Source of the DNA: Marsupella aquatica
Lineage: Eukaryota > Plantae > Marchantiophyta
Assembly: GCA_973895155.1 (NCBI GenBank)
Contig: OZ316898.1
Span: forward strand, 10,196,286-10,260,285
Direction: 5' to 3'
Length of the DNA stretch: 64,000 nucleotides
Both the position numbers and the translations under genes were made by a program. Positions within the stretch are counted from its first letter, which is position 1. Each line of letters begins with the position of its first letter. The notes beneath the pieces were generated by a model. That model saw only the letters and a list, made by a program, of their open reading frames with translations, was not told where the DNA came from and searched no databases. Shown here piece by piece: positions 13,691 through 26,200 of this stretch.

Positions 13691-14521
13691 TCCTTCCCTT
13701 CACGCACTCGGGACACGGGAGTTCAACACATTCCAATTCTTTACGGACCCCACTAGAAGGAGGGATTTGCTTAATCTACCCTCTCCTGGAAAACTTTTAC
13801 TTAATAACCCTCTCCAAACTTTTTTTCCCCAGTCTACCCCCTCTTTATGACCCGTACAGAATATTCTTCTAAAAGCTCTTATACCGTGCGTTTTTTGGTT
13901 AGAAGCACCAAACTGGGTGGATTGTGACTGTATGCCTCAACTACGAACTATGCAAGCCTCAACCACGAACCATGCAAATATTTGACAGTGAACCACGCCC
14001 GTTACCGGGGCTCGAACTGAGTGCAGGAAACATTGTGGAGGCATGTCACTCCTTCTTGCGCCGCCTGTACGTCGACATTAGGGCTTTTGAAATTTGAAGA
14101 CATTCATGTCAATGTTTTCACAATGAAACCTCATCTTTTGCAATATTCTCTCATTACATCGTTTTCATTCATTCATGCAAGAACGGCGACGAGACTTTCA
14201 CGAGGCGCACGCACCTGCCAGATTCGATTGCACAGGAAAGCAAGGTACTGTTGTGCAGATCGTTGAAATCTAGATGTCAGTTTTTGGAACGTGTAAGGAG
14301 ACAACATCAGTTCCAAGAACGTGTAAGCTAAGGAAACGATGTCAGTTCATGGCCTGCAGAGTTGGCATGTGGTTGAGTTTGGATTGTTGACCTTTCCTTT
14401 CTTCATGTTTTGACAAGACTAACCTCTGCCCTTTACTGATGCGCACATTGAAGTACAGGATGGTAGGGGATGTAAGTGAACTCAATCTTTGGCGTAGAGG
14501 GGATGTCTGTGAGGTGGACAT

Positions 14522-14690
14522 CCCCGATTCTGATAGGCAATCACCAGAAAGAGCTAGGCAGGTCCCCGATTCACATAGGCAATCACCACAGAGAGCTGCG
14601 CGGGTCCCCGATTCACATAGGCAATCACCACAAAGAGCTACGCGGGTCCCCGATTCACATAGGCAATCACCAGAAAGAGCTAGGCAGGGA
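14522..14690 (+). repeat. 4 x 42-bp tandem repeat (reads PDSHRQSP(E/Q)RAxxV) in the putative first transposase exon
   Basis: CCCCGATTCACATAGGCAATCACCA(C/G)A(A/G)AGAGCT recurs every 42 bp. Confidence 0.85.
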
Positions 14691-15993
14691 ACGACCAGAA
14701 GACCTGTATCTAAAAAATCTGACATTAATCCTGGATGGGAAGAGTCCTAAAGAAGGTGAATGATATTTCTATGCAAGTTGCTGTTGTGTATGCTATATGA
14801 ATTGCCATAGATCATAAGGCTGTTGATTTCAACTTCCATGGCTTACTGTTTGAGGTTCCATTGGAAGATGTTGTCGTTGGATTATAGCACTACTCTCTGA
14901 AGATCGATGTTGCACCTAAAGACGTTCTCCATTATGTCTTCACATTCTAGTATTCTATAATACTCTTTGCAGTGGAAGCGGAGGAGGCTCGCATTCAACT
15001 GGGCGAGCGTTTTAGCAATTTTCATGATTTTGATAGATGTCTGGACTCATGGGCTGTCATGCATGGCCGGGTAGTGTATAGACTTAAAACTTTCTCCAAT
15101 TTTTGAACAAGGGTCTGTCGATTTAGTAAAATTGCTCATCAACATAAAGTAAGTCAAGTGGTGACATCAGACCCAGGCCAGATAGTCTTCAATGCAGTGG
15201 TAGTTCAAAAGATGAAGATGAAGATATCCATGGAGTGGATGATGATGATCAAGATGAACTAGATTGGCACTATGATAGTCGTTATGGTGAGTATAGTGGG
15301 TTCCGTGAGAAGGGTATGACATCTGAACCAAAGAGGATAGGAAGGACACACAATGCACATGCCCAGCCATTACTCACAGCGGAAGAGGTAAAGTTTGTCA
15401 GGAATCCTAACCTGTATCATTCTGTTTTCTTTTCACGATTTTACAAATGTAATACTCGTACACTATATATTCATGATATCCTTGTGTTCCCACTGCAGTT
15501 GGAAGACCGAGAATTTCAAATTGCTATTCAACAGATGGCAGAATCAAATAATCATTCTGGGATAGGTGTTCTCACAAATATTCCACAGGTAATGTCTTTG
15601 TATACCTCAACCACAATGTCTTCTTTGTGTTCCATGACAATTTTTATGTATACAATTACATCAATGTCTTCTTCCCTTAATTTGTTTTGTATACATCGAC
15701 ACCACTGTCTTTTGTGTTTCCATATACAGTAGCATGAATTTCTTCTGTGTGTATTGCAATAGCAAGTTCGTGCACCGCTTGGACCTCTGGACCCAAATAC
15801 TCTCCAGAGGAACACAACCGTGGCAAAGAAACCACACACAATAGTTCAGCATAGCAGTGTGTGGCTACCTGGGTCACATGCCCCAAGGCACAACCCTGAT
15901 ACAATAAAAATGAGGAACCCATCTGCCACAGGAGTGTGCGGGGAGCTGTCTAGATTTAAGCCACCTTCAGAGTGCAATGAAGAAGGTTTTGAT

Positions 15994-17062
15994 CCCTGGG
16001 CCCCCAACCTTTGTATAGTTAAAGGATATACGTGCGTACAGCCCCTTAACACATACCCCTTGTTATTTTCGGACACCAATAAAAATATCTCTTGTCATTC
16101 TTAAAAATTTAAGTTTAGAGAATTTATTTGCCCCTAGCAAAAATTATAAATTGACAATTAGTCACATTTATAAAGGTCTTGAAATTTTATAATCTTTTGA
16201 GTAAATACAAAAGTGATTAAAGGTATAGCATAAAATAATAGGTATCTATATATAGATAGAGAGTGTATGAATGGAGAAATATACTTAAACTTACTAGAAG
16301 ACTCACTATGGTTTAATTAGCACATGTAACAATGTCTCACTAAGTATGCTTTAGCACATGTATCAGTGCTTGCAAACCTACCTATTGTCTCAACTATAAG
16401 GGCATATCTGTAAAAATATTTGCACGACTATTTCCTAATATTCTTAGAAAAACACATACCTGTCTCTAGAAAACATTTTGTTGCATGTACACATGTAAGT
16501 TCAGTGCTTAAAAAACTTTTATCTCAACTAAGATAACCTTCTTACAAAATCCCCAACTTATGTGCCCTCGTGTTGTCTTTCATCTTCAAGGGATCCTAAG
16601 TGAACACAATCAAAAAATTCACATTAGCAATAGTCCAAACTGAACTACTATTTGGAGTATCTTTCAAATGGTTTTCCCCCCAGGTTCCCCAATACAAATC
16701 TAAAACCCTCCCAAAACCCTTGTACCCTAAACCCTTCAACACCTTGGATTTTAGGGCCCCCAAAAATGGTACACTATGCCCCTAATGTCTCTAAGCTCAG
16801 CCTAAACATGTGTTCCAATAATATGAAGCCACGTGGACCAATGATATCGTGACGCATGGCACAATGTAATATGGCCCCCTTGAAGCAAATTAATGTGTGC
16901 TGCATTTATTTTGGCCTTTCATAGTTATAAAGGGGTAGCTGTATAAAAATGTCTCTTGCTTTTTATAACCCTATTAAAAAAAATTATTCTGGAAATGAAT
17001 TTATCACATCCTTCCACTGTTCGCACGTCTGGCCCATTATTAATAACACTGGGGGCCCAGGG
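15994..17062. mobile_element. Non-autonomous TIR DNA transposon (1069 bp, 13-bp TIR, 8-bp TSD) nested in the MULE transposase exon
   Basis: TIR CCCTGGGCCCCCA (15994-16006) pairs with TGGGGGCCCAGGG (17050-17062). TSD GTTTTGAT is at 15986-15993 and 17063-17070. Removing the element restores the reading ECNEEGFDCLPYCPFRVRCHRQAHIITVCDLKHTC. Confidence 0.92.
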
Positions 17063-19807
17063 GTTTTGATTGTTTACCCTACTGCCCATTTAGGGTCCGT
17101 TGTCATAGGCAGGCGCATATCATTACCGTGTGTGATTTGAAACACACTTGCCCAGCTTCAAAACACAAGTGGAGGCGCCCTACACAAAAAGCAGTGTGGT
17201 TGGGAGACACATTGGCACCTAGAGTATGTAGAAATCTAAAGGTGCCTGTGAAGGAACTGTTGTACGGGTTTCAGGGGGACTACAAAAAAAACAGTACTTA
17301 CCACCAGATGTGGCGAGCAAAAGACTATGTACGGGATTTGCATCTTGGTGGGCAAGAGGATACCTTTCAGATGATTCCAGCGCTCATTACCAGGGTGAGA
17401 GAGACTGACCCTGGTGCAGTGGCTGTGTGGTCCACTATGGGAGACTCCATAGTTTTCTGCCGAGCATTCATTTGCCCATCAGCTACACAAAAAGCATGCA
17501 GCTTTATTCAGCCTCTAATTTCTCTTGATGCATGTCATACAAAGAATAGGAAGTACCCCACTCAACTGTTCTTAGCTACATGTTTGGATGGAAATGGGCA
17601 AGGGCTGATTTTGTGTTATGGAGTAGCTCCAGTGGAGAATACTGAGAATTGGATCTGGTTCCTTGAATTAGTTGATAGATCCTTGTACGGCATTGAGTTG
17701 CCTAACATGCCACTCATATCAGACCGACAGAAAGGCCTACTTGCCGCTATGAGTTATGTGTGGCCAGGTAAGATACATGCAACATGTGCAAACCACCTCA
17801 GAGCAAATGCAAGAACAGGCATGGGAAAGCAGCAGCAGACATTTTTACAAGATGCATATATGCCAATGATGAAAAATAGTAAGTCCAAAAACCTTCATTG
17901 CTTTCATTCTACAGCAAACACTACTGTCTTCTTGTGTATACACCACATACTCGATGTTCAATACACTAATATTACCTCTCCTCGAATACATAATGTGAAG
18001 TATGCAAACACACAAATGTCTTCTTTGTTGATTGTATACATTAACATCAATATTTTCCCCCTGTGCACCTGTATCAGATATGAAGCATGTTTGAAGCGGC
18101 TGACAGAGTCCAAGAACGCATATGAGAATGAGAAGGCTGCAGACTACATCAGAAGTTTTGATGTGAAACTTTATGCTAGGCATGCCTTTCCACTTCCCCG
18201 CATGGCAAAGGTTACAAGCAACCCTACTGAGCAAGAAAATTCAGGCTTACTCCCCTTGCGCGAATTTGCTCCTTGCAAGTTGATGGAGCACATGTGGGTA
18301 TATGTTCAACAAAAGTTTAAAGAAAGGAAAGCAGTTGCGTTAGCTAGACAGGAAGTACTCACTATTCCAGCCCTGGTCAGGTACAACAAGAATCTCAAGA
18401 CATTTGGTCAATGGGAGGTAAGCTTCATTCCTGGTCTTGGGTATGCATAACTACCAACGTCTTTTGTATACTGTAACATGAATGTCTTCTTACTAACTAT
18501 GTTTTTAATATGATTCCTAATAGCCAGGTTCTCACATGCTCAGGTATTTGATGATGGTGCATCCACAGCCAAGGTTCAAACTACATCATAGAGTGAGGAG
18601 TACCTAGTATCGCTATCACCAAAGAAGCGTTGCACTTGTTGGGAGCTACAAGAGATGGTGTGGCCATGTGAGCATATAATGGCATGGGATGACCAGGAAG
18701 GCAGAAACTTTTCTGCTCATTTTCATAGATGTTGGCGGACTGCTTCAATTAGGGCTTTGTATGACAATGGTTTACCTAGCTTTATTGTATCAGACTTAAT
18801 GCCAAGTCCAAATTGTGTAGCTCCTGCGGCTGCTATGAAAAGAGGCAGGCATAGAATGGTGAGAATTGAACAGGGTCATGGAGGGGGGAGGCATCCACCC
18901 AGGGCTCTTGAAGAAGGCCAAGATTCTGTAATTGACTCCCTTGGACGACTCTTCTTGAGATATCCACTAGATGATGATCCTAACACGGTGGAACCCTTTT
19001 CAACAGCAAACACTATTGCTGGACTTCCAATTGTTCAAGTTCAATCGAGGGCAAAGAAAGTCGGGCCTAACACTGGGAAGAGCAAGTGTAGTAAGTGTGG
19101 GCAGGTTGGACACAACCAAAGATCTTGTGATAAACTCCATAGTGCGACGCCGACAAATCCGCCAATAGTAAGAATCCTGTGTGTATCATTAGTTGTGGGG
19201 ATAAGTTCATGTGTGGTCTCATGCTAGGGTCTTATTTTCAAACTGCCTTGATATGCAGGTGGATAATGGTGGTCAACGGGATGTGGAGCACCCACCTATG
19301 TCACCCTTTGCTTGGAAAGAAGAACTACTCTAGACTGAATATAGTATTGTATCGACAGCACCAACATCTAGCACTGGACAAATTCAGAGCACTGTATCTG
19401 AGCCCCTTTTGCCAAATAGTGAACAACAATTGCCACAAGCTTTCATTGATAGGTGCATGGAGCTGGAAAATGAGGCTGCGATAGAGTGTGAGACATTTGG
19501 GTCACAATATCATGTTGATATTACTGAACCTCATAGTATCCTGCTTCTTTGGTTGGCTTCAAAATAGACTCTATTCACATGTTCAATTTTTCCACCATTA
19601 TTCTGTCATGTGTACACCACGTCCATGTTGTCTTCCCGGTTCTCTTCCATCCTTGCACTTGGAGACCACTTCCATGTTGCCTTCCCGATTCTCTTCCATC
19701 CTTGCACTTGAAGACCACAACCAGGGTGTCTTCAGAACTTTGTTACTTCATTCATCGGTCTTGAAGACATTTACCATAATGTCTTCAAATTTGATTTTAC
19801 TCCCGCA

Positions 19808-20982
19808 ATGACGTTTGCGGGACCGTTGGGCGGCGTTGAGTATTCAACAAGCTTGTGCGCGAGTGGGAGGGCTAGCGGAGGGAGACAAAAGCGAATGTCC
19901 AAGGAGAGGAAGGAGGTCAGTGGAGAGCTGAGGTCTAAGGAGAGTAGTGCAGTGGAGGGTGGCGTTGTGTGAAGACGGAGATCTGTGCTTCCTCCCACAC
20001 AAGGGAGGGATTGAGGGAATGTCCAAGGAGAGGAAGGAGGTCAGTGGAGAGCTGAGGTCTAAGGAGAGTAGTGCAGTGGAGGGTGGCGCTGTGTGAAGAC
20101 GGAGATCTGTGCTTCCTCCCACACAAGGAGGGATTGAGGGCAAAGATTCACAAGACTATACATGTGCAGCGGCTGCAACAGCGCCAGGGACTGGCAATTT
20201 TTGGAGGAAGTTGGCAATGGCGAAGTTCAATGAAGTCAGTCTTGGTTTCGTACTTCAGTTCTTTTGGGCATTGGGGTTCGCTGTGTGGACCGTAATTGCA
20301 GTTTTGAGTGCACTATTCTTCTTCCTCCACAGCATGTTCGAACGACTTCTGTCTTTGTCTCTAGTATGGAATGGAGATAGGCCACATCGATTCATGTCGC
20401 TGCAATCTCCACTTGCTCAGAGTCCAGTGCAATCAAAATCAGAAGTCAACAATTCCCCTGTACTGCCTACTGTTGGGCTACCAAAACCTGCAACTCATCG
20501 GCGATTGGCTGCTAATGTTGGCCCAATACAGGCTCCTACAAAGCATGTGTTGGTAGCTCCATCTACGCCATCCCCACAATCGGACCTTGCACGACCTCAG
20601 CTAGGCACCCGGGAGGGAGTACAAGCGCAAACTTCTACATCTCGCTCAAAGTCAATTGCTCTTCCATACAATTGTGATCTACCTCAAAGAAAAATGGTAT
20701 GCAATTGCAAAGGGGCGCAGTCCTGGAATATATCGTACTTGGGAGGAGGCAGAATGTCAGGTCACTGGCTTTAGTGGAGCTAGTCACAAATCATTCAGGT
20801 CCTATAGTGATGCGGAGGCCTGGATTCAACGACAATTTAGTGCAATGGGTGCACAATGGAAGGCTCCTACCAGAGTAGATGGTCATAGGGTGAATGTCGA
20901 GTTACTTGGAGTAGATGAGTTGGGGCATGAAGTATTCAGATGCGCCTGTTGTGGGGAAGTATTTTGTACCAATGAGCTATAG
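19808..20982 (+). pseudogene. MULE cargo gene: hydrophobic/TM segment + Pro/Ser-rich linker + RNase H1 N-terminal (caulimovirus viroplasmin/P6-type) hybrid-binding domain + C-terminal Cys cluster
   Basis: KWYAIAKGRSPGIYRTWEEAECQVTGFSGASHKSFRSYSDAEAW is a clear RNase H1-N domain. The upstream frame has VSLGFVLQFFWALGFAVWTVIAVLSALFFFL, and the C-terminus has CACCGEVFC. It is broken by TGA stops in a duplicated ~124-bp block (19894-20140) and a 1-nt slip in the A-run at ~20691-20695. Confidence 0.75.
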
Positions 20983-21190
20983 ACCAAAGTGGCAGCAAGT
21001 TGTAACAATAGCTCAGGAAGTAGCAATACAATTTTGTTTGGTTGCAGTATTGAAGTCTGCAATAGCATTGTACTCCAAAATTTTGAGATGTTATACATTT
21101 TTTCAAGCTTCTATGCAGTTCCCTCATGTGCATGGCGTCAATTCTCATGTGCAATGTGGTGCAATACTCTTGTTGTCACAGAAAACGTTG

Positions 21191-21645
21191 AGTGTGGTGC
21201 AAAGACAATGACCATAATGTCTTCCAAAAATCACCACATTTGCCCATTGACCCCCCCCCCCCGAATGGCATGGGTGAGCAAAATATACTCTACCTGCAAA
21301 AGACGCAAAGTGTGGTGCGAAGACAATGACCAAAATGTCTTCCACAAATCACCACATTCGCCCATTTACCCCCCCCCCCCCCAAATGGCATGGGTGAGCA
21401 AAATATACTCTGCCTGCAAAAGACGCAGAGTGTGGTGCGAAGACAATGACCAAAATGTCTTCCAGAAATCACCACATTTGCCCATTTACCCCCCCCCCCC
21501 CCGCCCCGAATGGCATAGGTGAGCAAAATATACTCTGCCTGCAAAAGACGTAGAGTGTGGTGCGAAGACAATGACCAAAATGTCTTCTAGCACAGTGGGT
21601 AAACCACAATGACCACAATGACCACAATGTCTTCTAGCACAGTTT
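21191..21645. repeat. ~120-bp tandem repeat (3+ copies) with a poly-C tract and a GAAGACA-N10-TGTCTTC inverted pair
   Basis: Unit GTGTGGTGCGAAGACAATGACCAAAATGTCTTCC...CCCCCCCCCC...GGTGAGCAAAATATACTCT. Confidence 0.9.
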
Positions 21646-22148
21646 GGGTAAACCACAACTCCGACAGACTTTTTATTTTTCTTTCAATGTACATGCATCC
21701 TGTTAGTGAATTAGTGGGCATCCAATTCTAAATGACAATACATTGTTTAAACCTTCTTTTGCAGTGGTTGTCATTAAAAAATGCAGTGCCAACAAAAAAG
21801 GTCATTAATAAACAGATCGAAGGGATAAAACCAAAATCAAATTAAATGGAGAGTGGACCCAAAGGACAGGAAATAATTTCACACGAAAGGAAATGAAATT
21901 ATGTAAAGAATGCACCAACAATGTAACTAACCCTCTTACATTGAGTGCATAGTGTAATCATGTAAAAACTAATTGAGTCAAGTGAAAACACAAAAACTTA
22001 TTTGGCACAAGGAGTGCAAAAGTCACTTGTGGACTATATGGTAGAGGTAACATGCTTGGACACTACCAATTAGACTATACAAACTATCAATATGAAGGGG
22101 TGTTTAGGGTTTAGGGTTAGCATGCTATACAATAACTTTGCCAAATAA

Positions 22149-22345
22149 TACCCCAACTCATGTAAGGTATACAATATTGGTACCCTAATCCAATACCCCA
22201 ACTCAAGTAAGGTATACAATATATTAACCCTAATCCAATACCCCAACTCATGTAAGGTATACAATATATTAACCCTAATCCAATACCCCAACTCAAGTAA
22301 GGTATACAATATATTAACCCTAATCCAATACCCCAACTCAAGTAA
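22149..22345. repeat. 45-bp tandem repeat, ~4.5 copies
   Basis: TACCCCAACTCA(T/A)GTAAGGTATACAATATATTAACCCTAATCCAA starts at 22149, 22194, 22239, 22284 and 22329. Confidence 0.9.
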
Positions 22346-22398
22346 TTAAGGTATCATTTCTTGGACTACAATACAATTGTGGAAAGGGTTTAGGGTCT

Positions 22399-22675
22399 TC
22401 TTTGGTCATTGTCTTCATTGCATGTTCATATTAACTGTGTATGCAGAAGGATTTACTCTGGAGTGTAACATGAAGACAATGACCACATTGTCTTCTTTGG
22501 TCATTGTCTTCATTGCATGTTCATATTAACTGTGTATGTAGAAGGATTTACTCTGGAGTGTAACACGAAGACAATGACCACATTGTCTTCTTTGGTCATT
22601 GTCTTCATTGCATGTTCATATTAACTGTGTATGTAGAAGGATTTACTGTGGAGTGTAACACGAAGACAATGACTA
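22399..22675. repeat. 95-bp tandem repeat, 3 copies, each with multiple GAAGACA/TGTCTTC motifs
   Basis: TCTTTGGTCATTGTCTTCATTGCATGTTCATATTAACTGTGTATG...GAAGACAATGACCACATTGTCT starts at 22399, 22494 and 22589. Confidence 0.9.
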
Positions 22676-23229
22676 ATTGCATCACTGTGGGCCATTCATA
22701 CTACCAAAATGAGAAGTAAGGAAGGTTACATTGAGTGCGTATAGTGTGGCATGAAGACAATGACCATCAATGTCTTCTAGAAAGCATGACTCTTGGTGAA
22801 CAAGACCATTCAACATTGACCATGGTGTATTCTGATTGTCGCCAGTGTTGGTGTATGATGATTGTCACCATATTATACTGAAACTACTCTAGGTCAATAT
22901 TAGTTGAAGTGGGGACGTGAAGACACTATGATAATGTGTAGTGTGTACTCAATTTCTCACCCCCCTTCCCCCACACGACATGACCCAGAACTACTCACAT
23001 CACAACATAGACTTTGCATCAGATCATTATAGAATTTGCTTGCATTTTATTCATAAAGATTTTGGTACAAGTTGTGCGATTGCAGTGTTGCAGTCTGTGT
23101 ATGGATATGCTTGTCTTCCAATGAAGCTACATTGTATCTATTCCACCACCCTGGTTCACACTGTTGTACCGCTCAATGGACCACCGAAGCTACCACAGAA
23201 AATGCTAAGTGTGACATGGGAAGTGGGAG

Positions 23230-26200
23230 TCAATCATCAAACCGGGTATGGCGCCCAAGTTGCAGGACAGCCTCCATGAATGAACCCTGCGAAGTTGCCA
23301 TTTGGGAGTCGGCATGCAAAAGTTGAGATGGCCCAAAGGTGTCTAAACTGCCACCATCATCTACCAGGATTTCATGCAGGGGAGTTAGTCCGGAAGAAGG
23401 TTCTCCTCTACCGCTCCCTTGCCTCCCCCCTCTACTTGTCATGCTTTTGCTTCGCTTTTGTTTTCCTGTAACTGTCTCTTCAACCTCTGAAGCTGCTAAG
23501 TCATCGTCTTTGGGGTGCAAATACACAACTTTTGTTGCGGGGTTGACTGCCAGTAAAGGAACAATCTGCAATGCTTGGCTCATACTCTCGTGCGATTTAG
23601 ACTCCTGCTTCCTCTTCCTTGAGGCTGCAACGGGTACTAAGGACAAACCAGGTCCTTCCTGTGGTCCCTACAATCCAAAGGGACATTAGAAGACATCCAA
23701 AGTGGAGGATTTCAAATTCCATAGTGAAGCAATTGCACAACAATAATGAGATAGGAATTTTTCCCTCACACATCAATGCATACTTCACAGGGGTTGGCTG
23801 CCGGTGCAGGGGTTGGTGTAGAGGCAACTGCTGATGCTGGTCCACGGGCAGGGGCAAGTGCTGATAAATAATTTGTTGGAACAGGGGGTGGGGAAGGCTC
23901 CACTGCATTTCCCTTTCTCTTTTGCCTTCCACTTGCTTTTTCCCTTTGTCTTGCTTGCTACAATCCAAAGCAGCATTGGAAGACATAAACAAGGAGGTAT
24001 TCGCAGTACTGAGGAAGCGGACAGAATAGAATGTACATGAAGTGAATTTGTTCAATACATGTATTCAATCCATGCAAACCAGGAATGTTAAGATACACAA
24101 TGAGGCTGACTTGGGCAGGGATTTCTGGCCGTGCCGGTGCTGATGCTGGTGGTGATGATTCCACTGCTACAACCCTTCCCCTTCCCCTTCTTCCCTAGAA
24201 TGAAGAAATAGGATTCGAGTGCAACATTTGAGAATCATGTATTAAACATTGCACAACAACTCCACCAGTTACCAATTTACATCAAATACAAATACAGACC
24301 TGGGAGGGGTTGGTTGACGTTGGAGGGACCGGTGGTCCTACTTGTACTGGTATTGCTTCAGACTCCACTGATACAACCCTTCCACTTTGTCTTACCCCCT
24401 ACAATATATGATAAAAATGCTTAAAGGGGAGTACATAAACATTGGGGTTTGTGTATTCAGGAATTGCTTCCAACAAAAAATAGATATAAAACACTAAGGT
24501 AGACCTGGGAGGGGTTGGTTGACATTGGAGCGGCTGGTGCTACTGCTTGTGCTGGTGGGTCCATTCTTACAACCCTTCCCCTTCCCCTTCTTCCCTAGAA
24601 TGAAGTAGTAGGATTGGAGTGCACGCCGAAGACAATGAGATTCATGTATTCAAACATTGCAAAGCAACTCCGCCAACTAATTCACATCAAAGACTAAGGC
24701 AGACCTGGGAGAGGTTGGTTGGCGTTGGAGCGGCCGGTGCTGCTGCTTGTGCTGGTGGGTCCATTCTTACAACCCTTCCCCTTCCCCTTCTTCCCTAGAA
24801 TGAAGTAGTAGGATTGGAGTGCACGCCGAAGACAATGAGATTCATGTATTCAGACATTGCAAAGCAACTTCGCCAACCAATTCACATCGAAGACTAAGGC
24901 AGACCTGGGAGAGGTTGGTTGACGTTGGAGCGGCCGGTGCTGTTGCTTGTGCTGGTGGGTCCATTCTTACAACCCTTCCCCTTCCCCTTCTTCCCTAGAA
25001 TGAAGTAGTAGGATTGGAGTGCACGCCGAAGACAATGAGATTCATGTATTCAGACATTGCAAAGCAACTCCGCCAACCAATTCACATCAAAGACTAAGGC
25101 AGACCTGGGAGGGGTTGGTTGATGTTGGAGCGACCGGTGCTGCTTCTCCTATTGGTGATGGGGACTCCACTGCTATAGTCCCTCCTCCCTGCAATGCAAA
25201 AAGATATCGAAATACAAGGAGGGTCATGTATTCAGGATGTGCAAAGAGAGCAAAGAAATTCCGAAAGCAATTTCAGCAAAGGAATGAAAGCTAACATAGA
25301 TGTTTTGTGGTGTAGGGGCTGATGCTGATGCTGATGCTATGGACTTAGGGAAGGTCTCCATAGGTACACTCCCTCCTCCCTACAATGTAAACAATGCTTA
25401 ATCATATCCGAATACATTGAGGGTCATGTATTGAAGATGTGGAAAGGAATTCTGCAAGCACTTGAAGCAAAGGAATGAAAGCTGACATGGGAGGGGTTGG
25501 GCTCAAGTGCAGGGGCTGGTGGTGGTGCTGCTGCTACAAACTGAGGGATAGTGTCCACTACTGCATCCCCACATTCCTGCAAATCAATAAACAAAATGCT
25601 TAGGGGAATTCGAATACATTGAGGCTCATGTATTGAGGATCTGCAATGAAATTCCAGAAGTAATTGAAGCAAACAAAGTAAGGATGAGTCCTTTACCTCT
25701 CCATACGCTTCCAAGATATTTTGGAGACTTGTAAGCACTTCGGCCTGTTGTGAAAGGTTCAGGCCATTATCTTGATGAACATCCTCAAGAGGAAGCTGAA
25801 TAGGATCCACAATAGGATCCTCAGCAGGATCCTCAACATCATGAATAGGATCCTCAACATCTTTAACATTAGGAGGATCCTGAATATGTGAAGGATCCTC
25901 ATCACCACTAACTTGAACATCCTGAACGACCTCAAGCGGATTTGAGACAAGAGACGGGTCCTGGATGTCATTACTCCGAACAGGTTCAGATACAACATGA
26001 GTGTCACTATCACTATCATTTACCAACAGACCCCACTTCTCAGGCCCAGGCTCATAATTGTTGCCATCGGATGTGTCCTCCCACTCTTCATTGATTCCAG
26101 CCTACACAAAATGGAGAGAGTTTCAGAATGTAATGTACAGACAAGAAGCAAACATTGCAGGAAGCGAAATCAAATGTTGATACCTCCTTTCTTGCGGCCG

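Larger units (their letters stand above)
14460..19452 (+). pseudogene. MULE (MuDRA-like) transposase, multi-exon, inactivated
   Basis: MuDR DNA-binding start IQLGERFSNFHDFDRCLDSWAV (~14995-15060), then CPFRVRC...HTC. DDE core: LISLDACHTK...LDGNGQ...ENTENWIWFL, LISDRQKGL, CANHL, TSNPTEQENS. SWIM finger CTCWELQEMVWPCEH and knuckle CSKCGQVGHNQRSC follow. Lesions: in-frame TGA ~15104, TAG ~18589, a probable frameshift ~17830 and a nested insertion 15994-17062. Start and end are approximate. Confidence 0.9.

Noticed and set aside
20680-20700. Programmed frameshift into the RNase H1-N domain
   Set aside because: Only a short A-run is present with no evident stimulatory structure, and the gene has other lesions. 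An indel or assembly error is more likely.
22100-22125. Interstitial telomeric repeat (TTTAGGG/TTAGGG)
   Set aside because: Only 2-3 units are present, too short to be meaningful.
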